This document shows positions 47,970-56,647 of a DNA stretch of 64,000 bases, in pieces; position 1 is the stretch's first letter; every line of letters begins with the position of its first letter. Under the pieces are notes generated by a model. The model made no database searches. It was not told where the DNA came from and was given only the letters and a program-made list of their open reading frames with translations. Source of the stretch: a virus; the IMG/VR virus record IMGVR_UViG_3300009400_000005, positions 3,890 to 67,889 of that record, one strand, 5' to 3'. Both the position numbers and the translations under genes were made by a program.

Positions 47970-48001
47970 TACCGCGCGATTTTAGGCGTCGTGACGGACA
48001 C

Positions 48002-48214
48002 TCAGGAGCCGGCGTGGTGCGGGCAGTAGTGAGCGAACGCGCCTCCATCAATTCGCCGTCGCAACTCCCACCCCAGCGGCGTCCCTACGCGAGCCGCATA
48101 CCAGTCGGAGTCATTCCGACCACGTCTCGGCGGACTGGAGTAATCCACGGAAAGCACAATCATCTCCCGTGTCCCACAGCCCGGCATGTCGCACTCGATG
48201 GTCGCAGAGATCAT
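48002..48214 (-). CDS. Small Zn-finger protein
   Basis: CDMPGC...GW...HYCPHH. Confidence 0.6.
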   Translation of the reverse strand: MISATIECDMPGCGTREMIVLSVDYSSPPRRGRNDSDWYAARVGTPLGWELRRRIDGGAFAHYCPHHAGS

Positions 48215-48276
48215 GACTAACTATCGCTCCTCATTCCCATGGATCCTTCTCGAACCCTTCGTCTTGGACGGACAAG

Positions 48277-48546
48277 TCACGCCCCATAGTCACGCTCGTT
48301 CTCCACTCGGTCAGCTTCGATCCGCTGATACACGATGTCAGGCACCGCATGGCCCGCAGCGCGATGTTCATCCAGGTGCTGTCGAATCTCGCTCATGGAT
48401 CGGCACACGGTATCGGTGCTGCCGCTGGTCAGCAGGCACCCCCAGCAGACTATCCCAGCATCTCCTGCGTAGATGCCCACGTCGCAGCGCTCATCGGTCG
48501 TGCCATCCGGCCAGAGACGACCAGGGTTGAACCGTGCATAAGTCAT
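48277..48546 (-). CDS. Hypothetical protein
   Basis: CDVGIY...CWGC...HLDEHRAAGHAVP. Confidence 0.65.
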   Translation of the reverse strand: MTYARFNPGRLWPDGTTDERCDVGIYAGDAGIVCWGCLLTSGSTDTVCRSMSEIRQHLDEHRAAGHAVPDIVYQRIEADRVENERDYGA

Positions 48547-48548
48547 CG

Positions 48549-51542
48549 TCACTCCCATGGATCTTTGTCGAAGCCCTCGTCCAACCGGCCGGACGGCTCA
48601 TCATCCAAACGCGTCGCCACATCCTCCGGCGCCACCAGCGGCTGCAAAGTGTTCTGCGCGTGGATCACTTGTTCCATCCCTCGGGCGCGATGCAGCAGCT
48701 CTACGGCACACGTGTCATAGACCTCTGCCATGGCGTAGTCGTCCGGACCCGTGGACCGGTAGAACACGTTCACGCGATCCTTATCGTCCCTTTCCTGCAC
48801 CCGGATCAGCGAGCCCAGATGATCCGCGTATTCGGCCGGCAACTCGTCAAGGTCCGGTATCAGATTCTGCTGCTGGCGGAACGCCTCCAACGTCGCGTCG
48901 ATCGCGGTGGTGCGGTGCACGGTCGCGACGCGGCGTTCATCGTCGACGTTCCAGAGGTTCTTCGAGTTGGCCGCAGTGTTGTAGGCGATCAGATAGACGC
49001 GGCCGGGGAACCGAGCAGCAAACGCGTTAGCGAGCCGTGTTTCGGGCAGGTGGTCGATCGCGGCCATGTTCACGCCATAGCGACCCATGAGCTCGGATAG
49101 GCGGTCGACCATGACACCGACCCACCGTTCGTCGTTCGCTTCGGGCGCTTCGATCTCGCCGATCCAGAGTGAACGTTTGCGGTAGTCGTCGAGATGCTCG
49201 CTGATCCTGACGTTGCAGGCGCGGGAGCTGGCGACGTCGCAGTTGTGGACCGCAACATACGACGCCAGATACGTATCGTCGTCATCAATATCAAGGTTGT
49301 AGACCTGCCCTCGATACTCGCGATCGTCTATGGCATCCACGCGACGCCATAGACCATCCGACTTGATCTGCGCTCTCCCATTTTCACGAGGCGGATGCCA
49401 TGCGCCATCGTGCCAGTTCTCGGTAGCGAAACTTGCTTGCAGCACCCACTTGGGTCGACCACCTACCTTGATTGCAGACGGCGAGTGCTGCCGCCGCGGC
49501 GGCCCCATGCGAATACCGCAGCGAACTGCAATCGCATGCATCTGCTCGGCAAGCTCGCGTGAAGCAGTCCCGACCTCGACGCGACGGATATGCGGTTTCG
49601 GTGTGCGCCAACATCCATCACCGTTGAGATATGCCATCAGCATTCGGCGCTGGACTTCAACCGGCCAGCCAAGCACTTCGGGAGCTAGTCGTTTCGCCCA
49701 TGAATGCCGCCCGCCTAGGGATACGAGCAGCCGCGTCAAGCGCGACGAACCACACGCCACCGAGCAACTTTGGCCGCCGTTGATACTCAACCCAACAGGC
49801 GGTCGCTCCCGGACATATGGCTTGCTCAGCTTGTAGCCCAGTCGGCCCACTGCATTCCCCAAGTCCGTCATCAGTCCGCGTTCCTTGGGATGGAAATCCC
49901 AGCACACAGATGTCGGTTGATCGGTGCTGCGGCGCGAATCCCGGCTGACCGAACCCTCGGCGAGGTAGTAGCCAAGCGTTGCCGCTAAGGCGTCTAGATC
50001 GAGCGCCGGTTCGGCGCCCTGGCGTTGGCGCGTAGAAGTGGCGCTATGTACTGCTGCGATCGATATCCCGTAGCGACCAGCGATATCGCGAAGCAGGAGG
50101 CCCTCCCCTCTCAGGGCAACCATCTGCGCGTTGCGAGCTGGGAACTTCGGCCGCGTCCGAGTATCGACAGGCAACATAGGTGAGCCACAGAATAGGCCGG
50201 TGAACTTCGGCGTCAGAACACGGTCACCGACGCGCAAATCCGCTGCCTGAACCCATCCACGCTCCGTCCAAACCGGATGCTCGCCGGTCAACTCCAGCGG
50301 CTGCGCCTGCCCATAGATTGAGGCCGAGTAGACAGGACCGACATACGACCGCACCATTGCGGTGGTGACGCTTGCGACCCCACCACGGCGAGTCCGGACG
50401 GAATCACCGACAACAACATCCTCGATCGGTCGAGTTGTGCCGTTGGCCATTGTGACCAGAGTCCCCGGCACACAGCAGCCCATCGTCTTCGGCTTGAACG
50501 AGACGCTGCCTTCCTCCTGATGGATCTCCCCCGGCCGCGTACACGCCAGTAGAGCGGACCGTGAGAGTCTGCCCTCCGCCGGCGCATAAGGCTCACCCAG
50601 GTCGCGGTTGAAGTGGGTTTGCCGGTCCGCCGGCGACGTCTTCGCATGATTCGCCACGACCCTGCGCAGGTCGACGCCGGGGAGGATGAACTTCGTCATC
50701 CAGTAGCCGAGAATGTCACGGTCGGGGTAGGTGGCCACCCACTCGCCGGTCGAGACATCCAACGGTTTGCGGCACTTCCTGCACACGAGCGTCGCGGATT
50801 GCTCGTCGACGTTGTCGCGGTACGTGTCGGAGCCGAGCATGGGCTGGTGGTCGCCGCACGCGCATTTCACCATCCACACGTTCTGGGTTGTGCCCTCGTA
50901 CTGCCGGGAGATGCCGTAGCCCGGGATGCTGGGGACGCCCACGCGGCGGATCAGTCCTTCGGAGAGAGGTCCGGTGACGCGCTGCTCAGCGATCCCGATG
51001 TTCGAGGCTTCCAACGCGTCATATTCATCCAAGATCAAGCCATCCGCGGGGATCGACTCCAGGTTCGTCGCTTCCGCCGACCCACGCCAATACGTGTATC
51101 CCAGGCCGATCTGCCGCAAGCCGCGATTGTTGATCGAGTCGTCACCGATCCGAGATTGCAGCCACTCCGACTTGCGCAGCACTTCTCTCACCCGGTGTTG
51201 GGCGAACGCGGTCAGGAACGTTTCGGTCGGTACGACGTACAGGATCGTTTTGCCTCGCATGTCCGCCCAATACAACGCCCACCGGATCGCCCACGACGAC
51301 GCCCCCAACTGGGTGGCCTTCATCAGGACAGCCTCGCGATCGGACACCATCCGTGGCGCGTACAGGGCTTCCTGGAATCGGAAGCGGTGCAGGTCCAGCG
51401 GTCCGTGGGGTTCGGGTACGAGGTCCGCCCACTGACGGAAGTCCATACCTACCGTCTGTTGGTCGTCTTCGGCCCATGCGGCGTTGAACGCTTCCCACGG
51501 GTCAACGACGGCCGTGTCGTCGAAAAGCGGCTTCCTGGGCAT
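48549..51542 (-). CDS. terL: Terminase large subunit (lambda GpA-like) with intein
   Basis: LMKATQLGAS Walker A, LILDEYD Walker B, Cys fingers, TMG/CDVA nuclease motif split by intein, GPDDYAMA. Confidence 0.93.
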   Translation of the reverse strand: MPRKPLFDDTAVVDPWEAFNAAWAEDDQQTVGMDFRQWADLVPEPHGPLDLHRFRFQEALYAPRMVSDREAVLMKATQLGASSWAIRWALYWADMRGKTILYVVPTETFLTAFAQHRVREVLRKSEWLQSRIGDDSINNRGLRQIGLGYTYWRGSAEATNLESIPADGLILDEYDALEASNIGIAEQRVTGPLSEGLIRRVGVPSIPGYGISRQYEGTTQNVWMVKCACGDHQPMLGSDTYRDNVDEQSATLVCRKCRKPLDVSTGEWVATYPDRDILGYWMTKFILPGVDLRRVVANHAKTSPADRQTHFNRDLGEPYAPAEGRLSRSALLACTRPGEIHQEEGSVSFKPKTMGCCVPGTLVTMANGTTRPIEDVVVGDSVRTRRGGVASVTTAMVRSYVGPVYSASIYGQAQPLELTGEHPVWTERGWVQAADLRVGDRVLTPKFTGLFCGSPMLPVDTRTRPKFPARNAQMVALRGEGLLLRDIAGRYGISIAAVHSATSTRQRQGAEPALDLDALAATLGYYLAEGSVSRDSRRSTDQPTSVCWDFHPKERGLMTDLGNAVGRLGYKLSKPYVRERPPVGLSINGGQSCSVACGSSRLTRLLVSLGGRHSWAKRLAPEVLGWPVEVQRRMLMAYLNGDGCWRTPKPHIRRVEVGTASRELAEQMHAIAVRCGIRMGPPRRQHSPSAIKVGGRPKWVLQASFATENWHDGAWHPPRENGRAQIKSDGLWRRVDAIDDREYRGQVYNLDIDDDDTYLASYVAVHNCDVASSRACNVRISEHLDDYRKRSLWIGEIEAPEANDERWVGVMVDRLSELMGRYGVNMAAIDHLPETRLANAFAARFPGRVYLIAYNTAANSKNLWNVDDERRVATVHRTTAIDATLEAFRQQQNLIPDLDELPAEYADHLGSLIRVQERDDKDRVNVFYRSTGPDDYAMAEVYDTCAVELLHRARGMEQVIHAQNTLQPLVAPEDVATRLDDEPSGRLDEGFDKDPWE
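49242..50477 (-). mobile_element. Intein (412 aa) with HTH insert and LAGLIDADG endonuclease, in terminase
   Basis: G/CCVPGTLVTMANG...LTGEHPV...LGYYLAEGS...YLNGDGC...VYNLDI...VHN/C. Confidence 0.93.
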
Positions 51543-51545
51543 CGG

Positions 51546-52100
51546 CTAGGCGCCGTGTGCTTCCTTCGGCCTGAGCTCCGTTACGTTTCCCGCCGGCAAC
51601 GCCCGCTCCGTCAACCCCTTGATCTCCTCAATCACCGCCGGATCCACGCCACGCTTACGCATCGTGTCGACCATCTGCCGAGCGATCGCAATGAACTCCC
51701 TCTCGCCGTGATACCTCAGCAGATTCTTCGGCAGTCGCCCCAGCGAGCGCATCAGCTGCAGCCGCCCATCATCAATCTCGATCATCGCCTTTGTAGCGCC
51801 GAGCTGCGCGCTGGAGTTATCAGCGTTCTCCGAGAGTTCAGCCAAGCGTTCCACGGCAGCTAGGCGTAGTAATAGCGCTTCCTCAACAACAGCGAGGGGA
51901 TCTGACTGGGATGCCTCCCAGCAACGAAAGTCCTCATAAATGCGCTGCGCTTGGCGAGGGGTGATGTCATGGTCAACGGCGATCTTCTCCCACGTGCACG
52001 GCTTCTGTCCTTCCTCCAATGTGGTGCGTGCAGCAGCGATCGCTCGGGCCCGCCGGACGCGCTGGAGGGGATTGAGCGGAGTGTCAGGTGTCGGGGCCAC
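51546..52100 (-). CDS. Terminase small subunit (putative)
   Basis: N-terminal HTH (TWEKIAVDHDITPRQAQRIY), helical body, directly upstream of TerL. Confidence 0.7.
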   Translation of the reverse strand: MAPTPDTPLNPLQRVRRARAIAAARTTLEEGQKPCTWEKIAVDHDITPRQAQRIYEDFRCWEASQSDPLAVVEEALLLRLAAVERLAELSENADNSSAQLGATKAMIEIDDGRLQLMRSLGRLPKNLLRYHGEREFIAIARQMVDTMRKRGVDPAVIEEIKGLTERALPAGNVTELRPKEAHGA

Positions 52101-52281
52101 TACGACTCTGACATTTGGCGTCGTCTTCGGCCCACGCAGCGCTCCACATCTCGCTGACGGTCGGACAGTCGTCGACCTCGAACATCTGCAGGTAGCTCTT
52201 ACGTCGCCTAGCTCTGCCTCCGGCGATCGCTTTCGTGCGAATGTCAGGCATGACTACTGGCGGATCTGGGATCTCCCAGGG

Positions 52282-52473
52282 TTACTCGCTGTCGGGGTTT
52301 TCGACCGGCGGCTCAGGCTGCTCCGCCGGCTCGGGCTCGGGATTGTTCACGACCGTCTTGTCGCCCTGGACCACGTCCTCGCCAGCATTATCTCCGTCGC
52401 CGTGCTGTTGGCCGGACTGGTCGCGTTCGTCAACTTCGCGCATCAGATTCTCCTTGGGTTGGTGTGTCATCAA
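52282..52473 (-). CDS. Acidic hypothetical protein
   Basis: AAGGAG SD before MREVDER; low complexity. Confidence 0.4.
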   Translation of the reverse strand: MMTHQPKENLMREVDERDQSGQQHGDGDNAGEDVVQGDKTVVNNPEPEPAEQPEPPVENPDSE

Positions 52474-52873
52474 TGGATCGTAAGTCCTCGGCGGTCATAC
52501 GGTCAGCGTCGATGCTGGAATAGCCGCAGCGCACCGCATCGAGCGCCATGTTGAGAGGTAGGCCTTTGGTGGCTGCGTCTTCGGCTCGTTCGTACAGCCA
52601 GTGCCAAACCGCGTCGTGATCACTCGTCATCTTCGCTCTTCCTTTTGTATAGGCGTCCGTTGTACCGTTTCCCGTCCTGCTCCCGTTGCAACGCCTCCCG
52701 CACCCCGGTCAGCCGGTCCGCGCACTGTTGGCATAAGTGTTTGCCGGGCGCTTTGGGGTTGCGGCAGTCTCTGCCGCCGCAGATTCGGGAGCGGCCGGCG
52801 CTGGAGGCGAATGGTGCTCGGGCGCCCATACCGGATCATGGTAATACGAGAGTGTCACTGTTCCACCTCGGCC

Positions 52874-53041
52874 TCATAGCCCGTCGACCTTCAATCGTTC
52901 CGCGAGCAGCATCTGGAGGTCGGTGGCGAGCTCGCGGGCGTCGCGGTCCGATACCGGGACGCGTAGCGTGCGCGATGGGGTTTGGATGACGATCGTGAGC
53001 TGGTTGTCGTCGTTGAGCTCGCAGCCGAAGCGGCATGTCAT
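52874..53041 (-). CDS. Hypothetical protein
   Basis: MTCRFGCELND..., ATGA overlap. Confidence 0.5.
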   Translation of the reverse strand: MTCRFGCELNDDNQLTIVIQTPSRTLRVPVSDRDARELATDLQMLLAERLKVDGL

Positions 53042-53265
53042 GCGGCTGCTCCGCGCCGCCGTAGGGCCGTGATGAGCGCCCGCTGTAAAGGACCGTCCAT
53101 CAGCGCGACGATCTGAGATGGAGTCAGCAGCATCCAAGTCTTGTTCTTCTGGATCTCGATGTCGCGCCCGGAGCGATACGTCAGGCGAATGCCCTGGACA
53201 TCCTCAACAACGACACAGCTTGCGATCACGGGACTCTCAGACGCGAGAGAATTCTTTGCGCTCAT
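53038..53265 (-). CDS. Hypothetical protein, paralog of 47242-47424
   Basis: VQGIRLTYRSGRDIEIQKNKTWMLLTPSQI...DGPLQRALITAL. Confidence 0.7.
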   Translation of the reverse strand: MSAKNSLASESPVIASCVVVEDVQGIRLTYRSGRDIEIQKNKTWMLLTPSQIVALMDGPLQRALITALRRRGAAA

Positions 53266-53744
53266 GGCAGCCTCCATCTCACGGAACAAAGTCCCCCGCA
53301 GCCGATCGCTGCCTTCAATCCCGGGTTCAAATCAAACGTGCGGCCCGTCCACGCAGCCGGCCCGTAATCCTCGCGGGTTGCCGTGACGTGCTGGCCGTTC
53401 GGGCCGATGAACGTGACCTGCTGCCCGCACTGCATGGCGCGGTTCGCGAAACCCAGCGTGTAATGCGTCCCGCACGCCGTCGCACCGCTGTCGTCAAACC
53501 ATGATGCGGCGGCGGGCCCGTAGAACGGCGGCTGCCGGCGGACTAGCCATTGCGCGCGGCGACGAGCCCAGTAGCCGTGCACGTAGGCTCCGGCGTTCGG
53601 GTTCTTCAGGCAGCGGACGTAGTGGCGTAGGCGGGCGCGCTGGCCGGGTGAGACGGGGTGGGTGCCGGCGTACGTGACGTCGATGGCGCGCTGGACCATC
53701 GGGACCGTGAACGTGCGGGGGCAGTCGTGGTGGGCGGCGATCAT
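53262..53744 (-). CDS. RlpA-like (DPBB) lytic transglycosylase domain protein
   Basis: ASWF...TACG...FANRAMQCGQQVTF...VTATREDYGP...RTFDL. Confidence 0.75.
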   Translation of the reverse strand: MIAAHHDCPRTFTVPMVQRAIDVTYAGTHPVSPGQRARLRHYVRCLKNPNAGAYVHGYWARRRAQWLVRRQPPFYGPAAASWFDDSGATACGTHYTLGFANRAMQCGQQVTFIGPNGQHVTATREDYGPAAWTGRTFDLNPGLKAAIGCGGLCSVRWRLP

Positions 53745-54079
53745 GCCGCCATTGCCTCTGCGGTCGGCGGGGCAGGGGTCGAGGGGGTCGGTCCCTCCTG
53801 GATGCGACCGAGCAGCAACGCGGCGCCAGCTTCGCCCTCGAACCATTTCTCGCAGAACATCTCGGTCTTCATGGCGTTCCGCGCCAGCGCTAGGAGGTCA
53901 ACGGCGAACTGAGTCTCAGCGCTAACGGGGTGCAGGTAGATGTCGGTCTTGGCGAGACTGCTGTGACCTAGCTGGTTGGCAACGAGGGGGAGGTTCAAGA
54001 ACGCGTGGCCGAGGAGGGCTAGGTCGAGTTGCCCAGCACGCATCTCGTGTACTTCGGGCGGGATAGGATGCTCACCCAT
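53741..54079 (-). CDS. Small protein containing a tyrosine-recombinase C-terminal motif
   Basis: AAGGAG SD; NLPLVANQLGHSSLAKTDIYLH. Confidence 0.6.
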   Translation of the reverse strand: MGEHPIPPEVHEMRAGQLDLALLGHAFLNLPLVANQLGHSSLAKTDIYLHPVSAETQFAVDLLALARNAMKTEMFCEKWFEGEAGAALLLGRIQEGPTPSTPAPPTAEAMAA

Positions 54080-54108
54080 TGGGCTCCTTCTCACGGCGGA
54101 AACAAAGC

Positions 54109-54133
54109 GCGGGTTCAATTCCCGCCGTCTCCA
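54109..54133 (+). other. attP core matching the 3' end (T-arm and acceptor strand) of tmRNA
   Basis: gcgggttcaattcccgccgtctcca, 60 bp beyond the integrase stop; no 5' half of the RNA gene present. Confidence 0.8.
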
Positions 54134-54193
54134 TAAACCGCCTCATAGCAGGGATTTTACAACTAGCACCGGGAACGATTTGAAAACGGCTCA

Positions 54194-55225
54194 TTAGTCG
54201 TCCTTGGAGAGCACGTCGGCCATGGTCTGAGCGAGCTGATCCACATCCCAGTCGGCGTAGATATCGCCTGTGGTCTGGATGCTGGTGTGACCAAGCAGCT
54301 TCTGGACGGCCTTGAGATTCCCAGTAGCGTCGAGCACGCGCTGACCAGCGGTGTGGCGCGCCTTGTGCATGCGTTCGCCACTGCTGGTGCCTTCGGGGAC
54401 GACGCCAGCATCGGCGAGACGCCGATACCACCAAGAATGCATGCCGTGGACGCCCATCGGCTTAGTCGGATCAAGTGTCCCGGCGGCGCCGTTGCCCTTG
54501 GTACGAGGCATGAGGTAGTCGCCGGGCTTGGCTTCGACGTCGAGGATGTGGCGCTCGAGATCCATCCAGAACGCGGGGTGGGGGATGGGGATCTCTCGGA
54601 CCTTCTGGCCCTTGGTGAAGATCGTCAGCCGGCGGCGCTGGTGGTCGAAGTGCTTGAACTGCACAGCTGTCAAGGCGCCTTTGCGCAGCCCATAATCGAA
54701 CAGAAGCCGTAGCGCAAGCCGGTCGCGACGTTCCTCGGCTTCGGCGATAACCGTCCGGCGTTGTTCAGCATTGAAGGTCGTGCGGTACACCTGCCGGGGT
54801 CGCGCGCGTTCAATCGGGAGAGTCGGGTCTCCGTGAAGCCGGCCACGCATGATCTGGAACTTGAAGAAGTCTCGGAGGATTGAGAGGTTCTTGTTGTAGT
54901 TCCGGGGGCTGCCGTCGCCGTATTTGCGGTCGAGAAACTCCTCGATCCGGTTGATGCCTGCCGGCGGCTCGAACTCCTCGAGCTGGAGCGCTGCGAAGTG
55001 CCAGGCGAAGTGCGCTAGTCCGCGTTCGTAGTCGCGGTGGCTGGACTCGGTGAGGCGCTTGCGTTTGACCCGCAGGTACGCGACGACCTCTTGGCCGAGC
55101 GCCGAGTTCTGGTAGGTCTTGTCCTTCACGATGTCGCGGTTGACCGCATCCAGAAGCTCTGGATGGGCGAGGATCATCCGTCGGAGCTCCTCAACGGTCA
55201 AGGGATCGTGACGAACCGCACTCAC
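54194..55225 (-). CDS. int: Tyrosine integrase
   Basis: GLRK (R), TKGQK (K), HKARH, LLGH, DIY catalytic residues intact. Confidence 0.95.
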   Translation of the reverse strand: MSAVRHDPLTVEELRRMILAHPELLDAVNRDIVKDKTYQNSALGQEVVAYLRVKRKRLTESSHRDYERGLAHFAWHFAALQLEEFEPPAGINRIEEFLDRKYGDGSPRNYNKNLSILRDFFKFQIMRGRLHGDPTLPIERARPRQVYRTTFNAEQRRTVIAEAEERRDRLALRLLFDYGLRKGALTAVQFKHFDHQRRRLTIFTKGQKVREIPIPHPAFWMDLERHILDVEAKPGDYLMPRTKGNGAAGTLDPTKPMGVHGMHSWWYRRLADAGVVPEGTSSGERMHKARHTAGQRVLDATGNLKAVQKLLGHTSIQTTGDIYADWDVDQLAQTMADVLSKDD

Positions 55226-55293
55226 TAGCCCGCTAGCTCCGAAGAATCGGCGAGGTCGGCGACCTCTTGGACGGTGAGGTACGGCGACGTCAT
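55225..55293 (-). pseudogene. Truncated excisionase-like (HTH_17) peptide
   Basis: MTSPYLTVQEVADLADSSELAG*, first helix of Xis-type HTH only; stop overlaps int start. Confidence 0.5.
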
Positions 55294-55460
55294 CGCTCAG
55301 CCGTCAACCTTTCGAAGCAGGCGTCGCAAATCCAGAGATGCCCAGTCCCAGCTTTCGCCTGCTCGCAAGCCCGCTCCTGAAGACACCAGTCGCATCGGTG
55401 CTGAGTCTCGACGTTGTCGATGCGGTCGGCGTGCGTCTCGGTGCTCTGAGTCCTATTCAC
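55290..55460 (-). CDS. Small Zn-finger protein
   Basis: RCDWC...WICDAC, coupled overlaps. Confidence 0.45.
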   Translation of the reverse strand: MNRTQSTETHADRIDNVETQHRCDWCLQERACEQAKAGTGHLWICDACFERLTAER

Positions 55461-55671
55461 CGAGGTTCTCCCTGATCAGCATCTCGGCAACATCTTGGAG
55501 CGCATCGTCGTAGCCAGCTCGCCAAGCAGACTTCCGCTCAGGGCTGTACGGCGGTGGCTCCATCTTGGCGCCAAGCCGGTCAGTCCAGACGCGCCGCTGT
55601 CGGTACGCCTCTAGCTTGATCTCCATATCGCGCGAAGAGATCGTTGGGTAGGTCTTTCGATCGCTAGGCAT
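55453..55671 (-). CDS. Hypothetical protein
   Basis: PPYSPERKSAWRAGYDDA motif. Confidence 0.5.
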   Translation of the reverse strand: MPSDRKTYPTISSRDMEIKLEAYRQRRVWTDRLGAKMEPPPYSPERKSAWRAGYDDALQDVAEMLIRENLGE

Positions 55672-55843
55672 GTAGATCTGCCTCCTCGGCCAGATGCAGT
55701 CGAACGAAGCGACCGTCACGAGTCTCGACGTTCACCCATGTCGGCTCGCCGTCCGGATGCTCCAGCCGGTCGCCGCGGCTGATCGCTTCCCACGCCTGCT
55801 CGGGCGACCAGCCGACAGGAACCGGGATCGTGTGGATCGCCAT
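55664..55843 (-). CDS. Hypothetical protein
   Basis: MAIHTIPVPVGWSPEQAWEAI; GGAAGG SD. Confidence 0.5.
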   Translation of the reverse strand: MAIHTIPVPVGWSPEQAWEAISRGDRLEHPDGEPTWVNVETRDGRFVRLHLAEEADLHA

Positions 55844-55853
55844 GCCTTCCCAC

Positions 55854-56324
55854 CTAAGCAACGAGATCACCCAGCACTCGCCGCAGCGGCCGAAGATCCA
55901 TGATCGCCGCCTCGAGCTGATAGCCATCGCTGCCAGCCAACCGCCTGCTCAGCATCCCGTGGCCGACGTGTTTCGCGGCGTGGTCGTAGCACCGCGGACC
56001 GAGTGCCTCAGGCTCGATCAGCTTGCCCCACAGGACGAACTCGGCCGGCTTGTTGCACTTGTCGTAGGTGGGCGCTCCGAGTTCCTCGCGGCATCCCTCG
56101 CGGACTAGCGCATCGGCGGCCTCTTCCAGTCTCTCGCGGGCCGCCTCGAGCGGCTGGCACCCGAACTCCGGATAGCACTTGAGCCGCACATCGTGACCGT
56201 GGGCGGCCTCCCACGCGATCACCTGCGGGTCGTCAGGCTTCCACGGCGGCTTGCCGAGCTTCTCCTCGCGGTCCCAGGGTCGATAGGTCACTTCTCCACG
56301 TAACGACGCAATCTGGCCGCTCAT
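55854..56324 (-). CDS. Hypothetical protein
   Basis: Coupled ORF with Cys/His motifs. Confidence 0.55.
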   Translation of the reverse strand: MSGQIASLRGEVTYRPWDREEKLGKPPWKPDDPQVIAWEAAHGHDVRLKCYPEFGCQPLEAARERLEEAADALVREGCREELGAPTYDKCNKPAEFVLWGKLIEPEALGPRCYDHAAKHVGHGMLSRRLAGSDGYQLEAAIMDLRPLRRVLGDLVA

Positions 56325-56632
56325 CGTCGCGTCCTCTCCCCCAACACGAACACCAGCAACGTCACCTCACGGTCAGTCAACGCCCCCAACAAACGAGCCG
56401 GAGACACCCCCACCCTACGCAACATCGTCAACGCCTTCACCCGCCCCACCCACCGGATCAACATCAGAAACGACAGCACCTGCATGCCCTCCAAATCTTC
56501 CGGCATGTCGCGCAGCACGTCGCGAACATCAACCACGCCGGTGCGAATGTCACGTTTGATCTGGGCGCGAGCGATCCGCACCTGATTGGCTTTCTCCAGT
56601 GCGGCGTCGCGGTTCTCGATGACAGTGACCAT
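56321..56632 (-). CDS. mihF: Actinobacterial-type integration host factor (mIHF, H2TH fold)
   Basis: RDAALEKANQVRIARAQIKRDIRTG...MQVLSFL...VGRVKALTML...VSPARLLGALTDRE follows the mIHF/sIHF consensus. Confidence 0.85.
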   Translation of the reverse strand: MVTVIENRDAALEKANQVRIARAQIKRDIRTGVVDVRDVLRDMPEDLEGMQVLSFLMLIRWVGRVKALTMLRRVGVSPARLLGALTDREVTLLVFVLGERTRR

Positions 56633-56647
56633 CAGCGCATCTCAGAG

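Noticed and set aside
54109-54133. Possible tRNA or tmRNA gene
   Set aside because: Only T-arm and 3' acceptor strand present; position next to int fits an attP core
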